This document shows positions 8,333-17,404 of a stretch of 64,000 nt of DNA, piece by piece. Position numbers and translations under genes: made by a program. The stretch's first letter is position 1. Each line of letters starts with the position of its first letter. The notes under the pieces are model-generated. The model searched no databases, was not told the DNA's origin, and saw nothing but the letters and a program-made list of their open reading frames with translations. This stretch comes from Candidatus Spyradenecus sp. (GTDB lineage: Bacteria > Verrucomicrobiota > Kiritimatiellia > RFP12 > DVOR01). Location: NCBI GenBank assembly GCA_045634445.1, contig JAZRAG010000058.1, forward strand, positions 2,499 through 66,498, written 5' to 3'.

Positions 8333-9574
8333 ATGGCAATGGTTTTGGAAGATCTCAAGGGTATGGTCGCAGGAACGTGCGTTTCTGGCGGCTTGGATTC
8401 TCGTACAATCGCTAAGGTGATGATGGAAGCCGGCGTGAAGGTGATTGGCTTCTGCGGTGGCATTGGTCAGCCCGACGAAGCAGATATCAACGACGTGGCA
8501 AAGCGTATGGCACCGACCGGCATTGAAACCGTGATCGTTGACTTGCGCGAAGAAATGGCAGACGCTTGCTTGGAAGCAATCAAGTGCCAGGCAATGTACG
8601 ATGGTGGTTACTGGAACTCCACCGGTATCGGTCGCGCAGTGACCATTAAGGGCTTGATTCCTGAAATGAAGAAGCGTGGCGTTCAGGTGCTCGTGCACGG
8701 TGCTACCGGCCGTGGTAACGACCAGATGCGCATTGAACGTTACACCAACGTCTTCGCTCCTGAAATGAAGGTCTACGCTCCTTGGCGTGACGCTGGCCTT
8801 CTTCAGAAGTTCCCTGGCCGTACCCAGATGGTGGATTACCTCGCACAGTTCGGCATCATCGCATTCGCTGGCGGTAAGAAGAAGTACTCGACCGACGCAA
8901 ACATCGCTGGTCTCTCTCACGAAGCAGAAGACCTCGAATCGATGGAAACCTCCATGCAGATCGTGGAACCCACCATGGGCGTGTGGCCTTGGCAGGCTCC
9001 TGACAAGATGGAACAAGTGACCATCCGCTTCGCAAAGGGTCGCGTGGTGCAGATCAATGGTAAGGACGTCACCCCGCTCGAAGCAATGACGCTCGCTAAC
9101 GAAATCGGTGGCCGTAATGGTATCGGCATGAAGCACGCGCTTGAAAACCGCATCATCGGTACGAAGAGCCGCGGCGTCTACGAAGCTCCTGGTATGGAAC
9201 TCCTCGGTACCGCAATCCGTTACGTCTATCAGGCAACGATGGATCGTCAGGCTACCTTGTTCTTCACCCAGCTCTCCAAGTTGATCACCGACGAAATCTA
9301 CGACGGTCGCTTCTACGATCCGACCTGCTTGGCTGCTCGTCGCGCAGTTGACTCCCTCGCACAGCACGCAGACGGCACGGTGAAGCTCAGCCTCTACAAG
9401 GGCAACATCATCTTTGATGCACTCACCGATTGCCCGCACTCCATCTACAACGAAGCAGACTCCTCGATGGAAGCTTCTGATGGTGTCAACCCGGTCAGCT
9501 CTCAGGGCTTCGCTGAAATCCAGTCGGTTGAAGCTCGTATGCTCGCCCTCTCGGGTCAGATTGAAGGTTGCTAA
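8333..9574 (+). CDS. argG: Argininosuccinate synthase, type II (E. coli-like long form)
   Basis: GGIGQPDEADINDVAKR, HGATGRGNDQMRIE, KKYSTDANIAGLSHEAEDLE and LENRIIGTKSRGVYEAPGME align closely with E. coli ArgG. Codon usage is strongly biased (highly expressed). Confidence 0.85.
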   Translation: MAMVLEDLKGMVAGTCVSGGLDSRTIAKVMMEAGVKVIGFCGGIGQPDEADINDVAKRMAPTGIETVIVDLREEMADACLEAIKCQAMYDGGYWNSTGIGRAVTIKGLIPEMKKRGVQVLVHGATGRGNDQMRIERYTNVFAPEMKVYAPWRDAGLLQKFPGRTQMVDYLAQFGIIAFAGGKKKYSTDANIAGLSHEAEDLESMETSMQIVEPTMGVWPWQAPDKMEQVTIRFAKGRVVQINGKDVTPLEAMTLANEIGGRNGIGMKHALENRIIGTKSRGVYEAPGMELLGTAIRYVYQATMDRQATLFFTQLSKLITDEIYDGRFYDPTCLAARRAVDSLAQHADGTVKLSLYKGNIIFDALTDCPHSIYNEADSSMEASDGVNPVSSQGFAEIQSVEARMLALSGQIEGC

Positions 9575-9599
9575 TTCGTTAGCCCTTTATCAGTTCTTA

Positions 9600-9640
9600 G
9601 AAAGCGCGCGATTCCTTAGAGAATGGCGCGCTTTCTATTG
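9600..9640 (+). terminator. Probable intrinsic terminator after argG
   Basis: Perfect 10-bp inverted repeat GAAAGCGCGC ... GCGCGCTTTC (16-nt loop) followed by a T-rich tail. A second weak hairpin plus U-tract lies at 9681-9720. Confidence 0.5.
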
Positions 9641-9790
9641 CTATGGAGCGTGACATTGGAGTGTGAGGCGGGGGGATTTGAGACAAAAGAGCGCACCCTT
9701 GTCTTTTTCTCTTGTTTTCGTCACTTTTTGATAGAGTCTCAAGGCGTTTTTTGGTAAACTTTGCCTGTTTTACTTTAAAAGGAGTTTCCC

Positions 9791-10666
9791 ATGCTTAAGC
9801 TTAAGGGTGTATTTAGTGCATTAGTGACGCCGTTCAATGACGATGGCAGCGTTGACTATGGTGCTTTGCGTTCTAATATTCAGTGGCAGATTGAAGAAGG
9901 TGTCGCAGGTGTTTGCCCCGTGGGTACCACTGGCGAATCTCCTACGTTGAGCCCCGAAGATCACTTGAAGGTGATTGAAGAAACGGTGAACGCTGTCGCT
10001 GGTCGCGTGGCGGTGATTGCTGGTACGGGTGCTAATTCGACCGAAGAAGCCTTGCACTTGACGAAGGCTGTCCAGGATCTCGGCGTTTCTGCAACGCTTC
10101 AGGTGACGCCTTACTATAACAAGCCGAATGCAGAAGGTCTCTATCGTCACTTCGCAGCAGTGGCTGATTTGGGCGTGCCCGTGGTGCTTTACAATGTACC
10201 TGGCCGTAGCGCAAAGGAAATCCCCTTGAGCGTGGTGGCTCGTTTGGCAAAGCATCCGAATGTGTGCGCCATCAAGGAAGCCGCTGGTAGCGTTGATCGC
10301 GTCTCTGCGATTCGTCAGATTGCGCCTGAATTGACGATCCTCTCTGGCGATGATAGCTTGACGCTTCCGATGATCTCGGTGGGCGCTGAAGGTGTGATTT
10401 CGGTTTGCTCGAATGTGATTCCGCGCGAAATGAGCCAGTTGGTGGCTTACGCTTTGGCTGGTGATTTCGCAGCTGCTCGTCAGCTTCACGAAACCTACTA
10501 TCCGCTCTTCCGCGATATGTTCTGCGATACGAACCCGATCCCGGTGAAGGCCGCTCTCGCAATGATGGGCCGTATCCGCCCAGTGTATCGTTTGCCGCTC
10601 TGCGAACCTGATGCTGCGAATACAGAATTGATTCGCTCCACCTTGACAAAGCTCAAGTTGATCTAA
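9791..10666 (+). CDS. dapA: 4-hydroxy-tetrahydrodipicolinate synthase
   Basis: GVFSALVTPFNDDGSVDYGALRSNIQWQIEEGVAGVCPVGTTGESPTLS is the canonical DapA N-terminus. Extended -10 TGgTAAACT at 9752-9760 and AAGGAG SD. Confidence 0.9.
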   Translation: MLKLKGVFSALVTPFNDDGSVDYGALRSNIQWQIEEGVAGVCPVGTTGESPTLSPEDHLKVIEETVNAVAGRVAVIAGTGANSTEEALHLTKAVQDLGVSATLQVTPYYNKPNAEGLYRHFAAVADLGVPVVLYNVPGRSAKEIPLSVVARLAKHPNVCAIKEAAGSVDRVSAIRQIAPELTILSGDDSLTLPMISVGAEGVISVCSNVIPREMSQLVAYALAGDFAAARQLHETYYPLFRDMFCDTNPIPVKAALAMMGRIRPVYRLPLCEPDAANTELIRSTLTKLKLI

Positions 10667-10676
10667 GGAGAAGGCA

Positions 10677-11447
10677 ATGAAACTCGCGATTCTCGGTGGC
10701 GCCGGTCGTATGGGGCGCATGTTGATTGACTGCGCGAAGGAAATGAACCTTTCGGTCGTGGCCGTAACGGAAGTGCCTGGTTGTGATTTGATTGGTAAGC
10801 CAGCTACGGGCGCTATTCTTTATCAGGATACTTGGCCGGCTGATGCCGATGCTGTGATTGACTTCACCTTCCACACGTGTGTGAAGGAGAACTTGGCCAA
10901 CGCAGTGAAGTGTCGCCAGACCTATGTGCTCGGTACGACGGGTTTGACCGATGAAGAATTGGCCGCAGTGGATGCCGCTGCTAAGGAAATCCCGATTTGT
11001 TTCGCACCGAACTTCTCTTTGGGCGTGAACCTTTTGCTCGAACTTGTGCGTCGTGCAGCATCTGTTTTGGACGAATCTTACGATGCAGAAATCGTCGAAA
11101 TGCATCATCGTCACAAGAAGGATGCGCCGAGTGGTACTGCTTTGGGCTTGGCTCAGGCATTGGCACAGGGTCGCGGTGTGAAGTTGGATGACGTCGCATG
11201 CTATGGTCGTCACGGCATCGTGGGCGAACGTCCTGCTGGCGAAATTGGCGTTCATGCTGTGCGTGGCGGGTCGGTGGTGGGTGACCACACTGTGATGTTT
11301 GCCGCAGATGAAGAACGCGTTGAAATCACGCATAAGGCTGCTTCTCGTGCAGCGTTTGCAAAGGGCGCATTGAAGGCCTCCAAGTGGTTGGAAGGTCGTG
11401 CACCTGGTCTTTACAACATGCGTCACGTATTGGGTTTTGAAGACTAA
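10677..11447 (+). CDS. dapB: 4-hydroxy-tetrahydrodipicolinate reductase
   Basis: MKLAILGGAGRMGR NAD-binding N-terminus. EIVEMHHRHKKDAPSGTAL DapB signature. Confidence 0.9.
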   Translation: MKLAILGGAGRMGRMLIDCAKEMNLSVVAVTEVPGCDLIGKPATGAILYQDTWPADADAVIDFTFHTCVKENLANAVKCRQTYVLGTTGLTDEELAAVDAAAKEIPICFAPNFSLGVNLLLELVRRAASVLDESYDAEIVEMHHRHKKDAPSGTALGLAQALAQGRGVKLDDVACYGRHGIVGERPAGEIGVHAVRGGSVVGDHTVMFAADEERVEITHKAASRAAFAKGALKASKWLEGRAPGLYNMRHVLGFED

Positions 11448-11460
11448 CGAAGGAGATGCC

Positions 11461-11904
11461 ATGGCGCGAGCAGTTCTTGCACTTGGCAGTAACCTTGGAG
11501 ACCGTGAAGGCTTTTTGGCTTTTGCGGTCTCTTCACTTTCGCAATTGCCCAATACGCGCATCTTGGCCGAGTCAAAACATCGTGAAACCGCGCCTGTGGA
11601 TGTGCCAGAGGCCTTTGCTGACCTAACCTTCTTGAATGCCGCAGTGTTGATTGAAACAACCCTTACCCCAGAAGCGCTCTTAACGGCCGCTTTGGCAATT
11701 GAGGCAGAGGCGGGGCGCGTGCGAACTGTGCGAAATGGGCCGCGTCCGTTGGATGTAGATCTAATCCTTTACGAAGGGGAACGGCGCAATACAGAGTCGC
11801 TTATCTTGCCCCATCCGCGTGCGCATCTGCGTGACTTCGTCCTTGAGCCATTGCGTGATTTGGGTTTTACGGTAGATGATGTAATAGCGAATCGTTTTCC
11901 ATGA
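11461..11904 (+). CDS. folK: 2-amino-4-hydroxy-6-hydroxymethyldihydropteridine pyrophosphokinase (HPPK)
   Basis: MARAVLALGSNLGDRE ... GPRPLDVDLILYEG are HPPK motifs. GGAG RBS before ATG 11461. Track ORF start 11398 is rejected. Confidence 0.8.
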   Translation: MARAVLALGSNLGDREGFLAFAVSSLSQLPNTRILAESKHRETAPVDVPEAFADLTFLNAAVLIETTLTPEALLTAALAIEAEAGRVRTVRNGPRPLDVDLILYEGERRNTESLILPHPRAHLRDFVLEPLRDLGFTVDDVIANRFP

Positions 11905-14099
11905 AACGCGCACTTCTTGTTTTCTCCCTCATCGCACTCTTCCTTGCAGGATTTGCAGGGTGGTTAGAGCGCGCTGTGAAAACAAGCCTTATTGAAGATC
12001 AAAACAAGCCTTTCTTACCCAGCAAAACAGGTTGTTTTGAAGCGCAAAACAACCCTTCTTCATCAGAGGCGCGTTGTGGCAATGTGGAATATGCGTTGCG
12101 TTGTCTTGCAGAAGCGCAAGGGAAGGCGGTGCCCTTCCTCTTTCTTTTAGAGACGCCCACGGCCGCAGAAGCGCTCTTAAAAGCGTGCCCAACGCTTGAA
12201 GTGATTAATCAAACAGAGCGCGTATTGACCTGTGCTGTTCCGCAGGGTATCGCTCATGACTTCCTTGAAAAAGGATTGTCCACACCAGGGATATTAGGCT
12301 TTGATGCTGTGATGCCTGTCGCTCTCTATGGCAGTGTCGCCACGAGTGAGCGTTTTGTTGGAACAGCGCCGTTACAAAGTGTTTCACGGTTGGATGGTAG
12401 AAGTGAAGTGGTTGCGGTGATTGATACGGGCATTAGTACGGGTGAAGCCGAGGAATTTCATCCCAATCTCTTGCCTGCACTCTATGGTATGACTGTAGAG
12501 CCAGACGTTACGAATGCGGCAAACTTAACACCTGAAGATACGAACACGCAATCGCACGGTACGCATGTGGCAGGGTGTCTTGCCGCGCAAAGCAAGTACT
12601 ATGCATCGGTTCGTGGTGCTGCACCTGGCGTAGCACTTTACTTTCAACGCATTGGTATTGGGGCCGATTTATATCCGAGTGACGATATCGCTGACCACTT
12701 TGACCGAAGTATTGCCGTTGGCGCCTCAATCATTAACTGTTCTTGGGGACATCATACAAAGCCTAACCCAAATAAGTATAATGCCTATAGTGCGCAAGTA
12801 GATCGATTTGTTTGGAATCATCCAGAAGTCTTAATCTGTTTCGCGATTGGCAATGATGGTGTTGACCAAGACGACAACAGTGTTGTTGATAGTGCATCGG
12901 TTTATGCGAGTGAACCTCACGCAAAGAACTGCCTAACAGTGGGCGCTCAGGAGAGTTATCGTACAAATGTGGCCGCGCGCTATACCGGCTTTTTAGCGTT
13001 TGAAGGTAAAACAACCGATCTTGCAACAGATTTCATTACGCGCCCTTACGATGGCAAAAACGATGGTATGTGTGCCTTTTCTTCGCGTGGACCTTTAACT
13101 GATGGTCGTATCGCGCCAATGCTTGTTGCGCCAGGAAGTACGATTTACTCAACCTTAAAAGGCGGTAGCGTAGGGGCTATGTCTGGCACTTCGATGTCAA
13201 CGCCGATTGTGAGTGGCGCAGCAGCAGTGCTTCGTCAGTATTTAAAAGAGGTTCATCAAATTCAGTCGCCAACTGCAGCAGTGGTGCGAGCGGGCTTGAT
13301 TTTGGCCTCTGAATCGCTCTCGCCAGGACAATTTGGTACAGATGAGATGCGTGAAATCCCTGAAGCCTCTCCAAACAATGTAGAAGGGTGGGGGGCACTT
13401 CGCCTTGGGAAGCTCTTGCAAAGTAACGAAACCTTAGGCTTTGAAGACCGTATTTCGCTTAAAGCGGCCAAAACTTCGGTTTGTTTTGAGATCCCCAATG
13501 TGCAAGCGCAGAGCCAACTTTCCGTGGTGTTGTCATGGATTGATGCGCCTGACAACGTCGCTGCGGCGCTTGTGAATGATTATGATTTGACGCTTATTTC
13601 GCCCTCAGGAAAGCAAACCACGCTTTCTGATCATCAGAATACTATTGAACGTTTGATAGTGCCTGTTGTGCAAGAAGCGGGTACTTGGCAGATTCAAGTG
13701 AGCGCAACGAAGATTGGGAACGCAGGTTTAGGCAATTTCGCGGCCATCGCATGGCGCGCAATGACATCTGAATCCCCAAAAGCCTTGCCAACCGAAGCGC
13801 AAGGTGAACAAGTGACGCTTGTGGTGGATTTGCCAGAAGGTCACCGTCCGTACTTAGATTATCCCGTTTGGCCTGCACCAGGTAATCACGTCTTTCCAAA
13901 AGGGCGAGAACTCTACTTTCGTAATGGCGCGAAACTTCAACCCAATAAGCCTCCGCAGTCACTCATTGGAGGATGGCTTAAGCATTCTAACGGTGAACGC
14001 GAACGAAAGACGGATGAGGCCTTTACGCAAACGCTTGAAGACGCGTTAGAGATGCGTTGGTATGAAGCCTTTCCAGGAAGTCGGTTTTCGCTCCGATGA
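11901..14099 (+). CDS. Subtilisin-like serine peptidase (S8 family), secreted, with long N-terminal region
   Basis: Catalytic triad blocks VAVIDTGI (Asp), HGTHVAGCLAA (His), GTSMSTPIVSGAAAVL (Ser). N-terminal signal MKRALLVFSLIALFLAGFAGW. ATGA overlap with folK stop. Codons ~30-55 are encoded by a copy of the dispersed repeat (see findings). Confidence 0.8.
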   Translation: MKRALLVFSLIALFLAGFAGWLERAVKTSLIEDQNKPFLPSKTGCFEAQNNPSSSEARCGNVEYALRCLAEAQGKAVPFLFLLETPTAAEALLKACPTLEVINQTERVLTCAVPQGIAHDFLEKGLSTPGILGFDAVMPVALYGSVATSERFVGTAPLQSVSRLDGRSEVVAVIDTGISTGEAEEFHPNLLPALYGMTVEPDVTNAANLTPEDTNTQSHGTHVAGCLAAQSKYYASVRGAAPGVALYFQRIGIGADLYPSDDIADHFDRSIAVGASIINCSWGHHTKPNPNKYNAYSAQVDRFVWNHPEVLICFAIGNDGVDQDDNSVVDSASVYASEPHAKNCLTVGAQESYRTNVAARYTGFLAFEGKTTDLATDFITRPYDGKNDGMCAFSSRGPLTDGRIAPMLVAPGSTIYSTLKGGSVGAMSGTSMSTPIVSGAAAVLRQYLKEVHQIQSPTAAVVRAGLILASESLSPGQFGTDEMREIPEASPNNVEGWGALRLGKLLQSNETLGFEDRISLKAAKTSVCFEIPNVQAQSQLSVVLSWIDAPDNVAAALVNDYDLTLISPSGKQTTLSDHQNTIERLIVPVVQEAGTWQIQVSATKIGNAGLGNFAAIAWRAMTSESPKALPTEAQGEQVTLVVDLPEGHRPYLDYPVWPAPGNHVFPKGRELYFRNGAKLQPNKPPQSLIGGWLKHSNGERERKTDEAFTQTLEDALEMRWYEAFPGSRFSLR

Positions 14100-14202
14100 G
14101 GAGAACTGTGAATGAGAAGAACGCTTTCTGCGTTAGACAGGGTAAGAAGAAGCGATTGAGTTGAACCCTAATAAAAGAGAAGTTTGTTACAATACCATTG
14201 TT

Positions 14203-16428
14203 ATGTTACGTTTGTTGTTTTGTTGTGCTTTGTTTTTAACAGCTACGTTGTCTGCGCAGACCCTCAAGGTGCGGGCAACGCCTGGGGTGATTTACGCAGG
14301 TGATGCGTTCAATCTTGAAGTCTCTGCCAATGGCGCCTCTTTGAAAGATGTCGCATGTACCTTTACGATGCCTACGCATACGATTGGCCATTCCACAAGT
14401 ATGCATTCGATTAATGGACATGTGTCAACGTCTCAATCGTTGCGCGTTTTGCCAGAAGGCGTTGGTATTTGCCAGCTTGTTAAGGTAACCGCCGTCACAG
14501 AGACAGGTAAAACGTTGACTTATCAGCAGCCGCTCCAAGTGGAAGTGCGCGAACTTGTTCCCGATGAAGCCGTTTCGATTACAACCTCTGTGACGCCAGA
14601 AGTGCCGTTGCCAGGGGATGAAGTAACGATTACTTTAACCATTCGTGCGCCCGCAATCCAACAGAATGGACGTGCGTTTTCGCCCTTCCTTTCGCCCTCG
14701 ATCTTTGGCCGTTTAGAAGAACGCCTCCCGCGCCTTCAATTTGAAGCTGCGACAGGAGAGGATTCTCCTTTACGTGCGTTGTCGCAACCTCAATTGCAGT
14801 CACGCGAACAAGAAGGTGATGATTTGGTTTGGACAATCACTTGTGCGTATCGCGCGGTGCGTGTGGGTGAACAGGTCTTTCCTGCACCAAGTATCAATGA
14901 TACCCGCTTTGCAGCGCCAGCGGATCAAGAACAACTTGAAGAGGTGCGTTGTCTTATAGTGGGTAAACCAATCACGGTGAATGTTGTGGCGCCGCCAGTA
15001 GAAGGGCGTCCCGAAGGCTTTACAGGAGCTGTCGCAGAACGTTTTGCTGCAACGGTTGCCTTAGATGCGCTGAATGTAAAGGTCGGCGACCCAGTGAAGT
15101 TGACGATTACCTTCCAAACAGAGGCAGATGCCGAACAGATCCGCATGCCACAATTGCCACAATTGCGCGGTTTTCGTACCTATGGAGAACCGTTGCGTCA
15201 TACCATTGAAGGCGGATGCGAATTCGTTTACAATCTGCGTCCTGTTCAGGCTGGCTTGTTAGAGATCCCGTCATTGCCCTTTGCGTGGTTTGAAAAGCAT
15301 TCGCGTGCTTATCAAGTGACCCACACCTTTGCAGTGCCACTCTATGTACATCCCTCTGCACAATTGGTGTTGATGGGCGAAGATGGGGAAGCGCTTTCTG
15401 GTACGTTGCCGCCTCCGTTGCAATTGAATTATGGCGAATTACCAGCGCAACAGCCGCGTATTTATGCGTGGATTGTGCTTTGTTTGGGGCTTTGCGCGTT
15501 GATTTTCCGCATCTTATTTACGCCCTTACGTCGCATTTGGTATTACTTAGTGCAGGCTTTGACGCATCGACGTCCCGTGCGTCGCGTCTGTGCGGCACTT
15601 CGTCAAGCAGAGACGCCAGAGGTGGCGCTCGCTGCAATTCGCACATGGATCGGTCGTCCTGCATTAACTTCTACAGAGTTTCGCAACCTTTTAGAGGATT
15701 CTCCTGCAGCACGATTGGCAGTTGAGGCAATGACTCAGTTAGAGCATGCGCTTTATTCTGGAGGTCAAGATGTGCCAACGGCGCGTGCGTGTCTGGTAGA
15801 ACAACTGCCACACGTCACCTTCCGTCATGCGAACAAGACGCATCTTGCGCTTATTTTGACCCTCTCTTTCACCCTTTTGCCCGCTGTAACACAGGCAATG
15901 CCAGACGCTTTTGTCCTTGAACAGGCAGAGGCGCTTTCCTTGTCGGCCACTACGCCTGAGGATTATGCCGCAGCTGCGGATCTGTGGTTAAGTTTGGCAC
16001 GTGAAGGCTATCCGTCTCAAACCATCCTTTTGAATGCCGCAGGATGTGCAATCTTTGCGCGACATCCAATTGTGGCAAAACGCGTTATCGAGCGTTATGA
16101 GTTACTTTATGGCGCAGATGTCGCAAGCGAACAAGCTTTAACGGCCGCATTGGAACGTTTGGAAGAGCCGCCTTTTTGGGGACGCACGCTCTTTAAAGCA
16201 CATTACACTTACGCGCTTGCGTTGCGTTTAGAGGTCTTGTGTATCCTGGTTGGCGTTATTGGGTTCCTCTTTGCCTGCTCTTTGCGTGGCTTAAAGGGCC
16301 TCAAAGTGTTGATTGGAATCAGTGTGATAACACTGATTATCAGCGTACTTGTTTCTGCAATGCAGTTGACGCATTCGGAGTGTTATGATGCGTTGCCAAC
16401 GCCTTTGGAAGCGGAGGTGCAGCCATGA
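14203..16428 (+). CDS. BatD-like (aerotolerance/oxygen-tolerance family) membrane protein
   Basis: Signal peptide MLRLLFCCALFLTATLSAQ. N-terminal beta-rich repeats of BatD type (LKVRATPGVIYAGDAFNLEVSANGAS). Internal TM segment YAWIVLCLGLCALIF and C-terminal helical/TM region. ATG 14203 is preferred over the TTG at 14161. Confidence 0.5.
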   Translation: MLRLLFCCALFLTATLSAQTLKVRATPGVIYAGDAFNLEVSANGASLKDVACTFTMPTHTIGHSTSMHSINGHVSTSQSLRVLPEGVGICQLVKVTAVTETGKTLTYQQPLQVEVRELVPDEAVSITTSVTPEVPLPGDEVTITLTIRAPAIQQNGRAFSPFLSPSIFGRLEERLPRLQFEAATGEDSPLRALSQPQLQSREQEGDDLVWTITCAYRAVRVGEQVFPAPSINDTRFAAPADQEQLEEVRCLIVGKPITVNVVAPPVEGRPEGFTGAVAERFAATVALDALNVKVGDPVKLTITFQTEADAEQIRMPQLPQLRGFRTYGEPLRHTIEGGCEFVYNLRPVQAGLLEIPSLPFAWFEKHSRAYQVTHTFAVPLYVHPSAQLVLMGEDGEALSGTLPPPLQLNYGELPAQQPRIYAWIVLCLGLCALIFRILFTPLRRIWYYLVQALTHRRPVRRVCAALRQAETPEVALAAIRTWIGRPALTSTEFRNLLEDSPAARLAVEAMTQLEHALYSGGQDVPTARACLVEQLPHVTFRHANKTHLALILTLSFTLLPAVTQAMPDAFVLEQAEALSLSATTPEDYAAAADLWLSLAREGYPSQTILLNAAGCAIFARHPIVAKRVIERYELLYGADVASEQALTAALERLEEPPFWGRTLFKAHYTYALALRLEVLCILVGVIGFLFACSLRGLKGLKVLIGISVITLIISVLVSAMQLTHSECYDALPTPLEAEVQP

Positions 16429-17399
16429 AGCGTATCCTTCTTTGCTGTTTAATGCTTACAAGCGTTAGTACTTTGTCGGCAAAGTTGATGTCGGCGAAAT
16501 GGGAAACATCGCCTCGTGCGCCGCTTTACGTCGGACAAGCGTATGAATTAACGCTCACACTTGAAACGCAGCAAGATGAAGAAATCGCTGGTGTTCGTTT
16601 GGAACAAGGGCCCAAAGTGCGCCCTAATGAACAGTCAAGCGTTATCAAGAATGGGCGCCGCTACACAACGCTACATTGGCAACAACAAGAATCTGCACCA
16701 AAGATTGTCTCTATTCCCGCTGGTCGTATTCAGGCCGACGTGACGCTTGTACAAGTGTTTGGCTTCATGCGAACGGCAAATACCACCTCGCAAGTGGTTT
16801 CTGCGCCAGCGTTAAGTTACGAGGTTGTGCCGCTACCAGGCGATGCGCGTGGTCTGCCAATTGGGTTATTTGACTTACAACTCGCTGCAGATCAGTCCAC
16901 CTTTTTGCCCGGTGAGGTACGTTTGATTACTGCAACCTTAACCGCGCGCGAAGGTTATGTGCCGTCTGATTACGCCTTTGAATGGGCGGACACTGCTTTT
17001 GGTGAAGTGTATCCCTTCCGTGTGAAAGAACGCACCAATAAGCAATTAATCGCAGAAGCGCATGTGGTGATCTCTTCTGAAACAGATGTTTCTTTGTGCC
17101 TAAAGCCCTTACGCGCTTTTAATCTCGCTACGCGCACGGCGACAATGGTCAATTGCGCTCCATTATCCTTAAAGGTTGGTGCACCTGAATCCGCCACAAC
17201 AGAGGATATGACATTGTCTATTGATACCGCCTCTGCGGTTAATCCTGGCGCACCGTTACGCTTTGCTCCCACGGAAGGCGCCCCCATTATAGGCGCGTTA
17301 ACAACGCCTTACCAAGTTCTTGAAACGCGCGATACTTGGGTGCGTGTACAAACGCCCTCAGGCGCAGGTTGGATTCGTCGTTCTGCATTGAAAGAGTAG
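16425..17399 (+). CDS. BatD-like exported protein with C-terminal SH3b-like domain (BatE-like feature)
   Basis: Signal peptide MKRILLCCLMLTSVSTLSA. YVGQAYELTLTLETQ BatD-type repeat. C-terminal WVRVQTPSGAGWIRRSAL resembles bacterial SH3. ATGA overlap with upstream gene. Confidence 0.45.
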   Translation: MKRILLCCLMLTSVSTLSAKLMSAKWETSPRAPLYVGQAYELTLTLETQQDEEIAGVRLEQGPKVRPNEQSSVIKNGRRYTTLHWQQQESAPKIVSIPAGRIQADVTLVQVFGFMRTANTTSQVVSAPALSYEVVPLPGDARGLPIGLFDLQLAADQSTFLPGEVRLITATLTAREGYVPSDYAFEWADTAFGEVYPFRVKERTNKQLIAEAHVVISSETDVSLCLKPLRAFNLATRTATMVNCAPLSLKVGAPESATTEDMTLSIDTASAVNPGAPLRFAPTEGAPIIGALTTPYQVLETRDTWVRVQTPSGAGWIRRSALKE

Positions 17400-17404
17400 A
17401 CATT

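Noticed and set aside
8270-9439. 389-aa ORF on the minus strand across argG
   Set aside because: Entirely antisense to a strongly codon-biased, clearly homologous argG. Long stop-free antisense frames are expected from the GC3 bias. No RBS and no recognisable motifs.
9640-9790. Possible lysine riboswitch (L-box) in the dapA leader
   Set aside because: Region is only ~150 nt and lacks the conserved L-box helices and core sequences. Only a short hairpin plus U-tract (9681-9720) is seen, more consistent with a terminator or attenuator. Would need an Rfam scan.
9821-11561. Minus-strand ORFs of 299 and 302 aa across dapA and dapB
   Set aside because: Antisense shadows of unambiguous dapA/dapB. 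No motifs.
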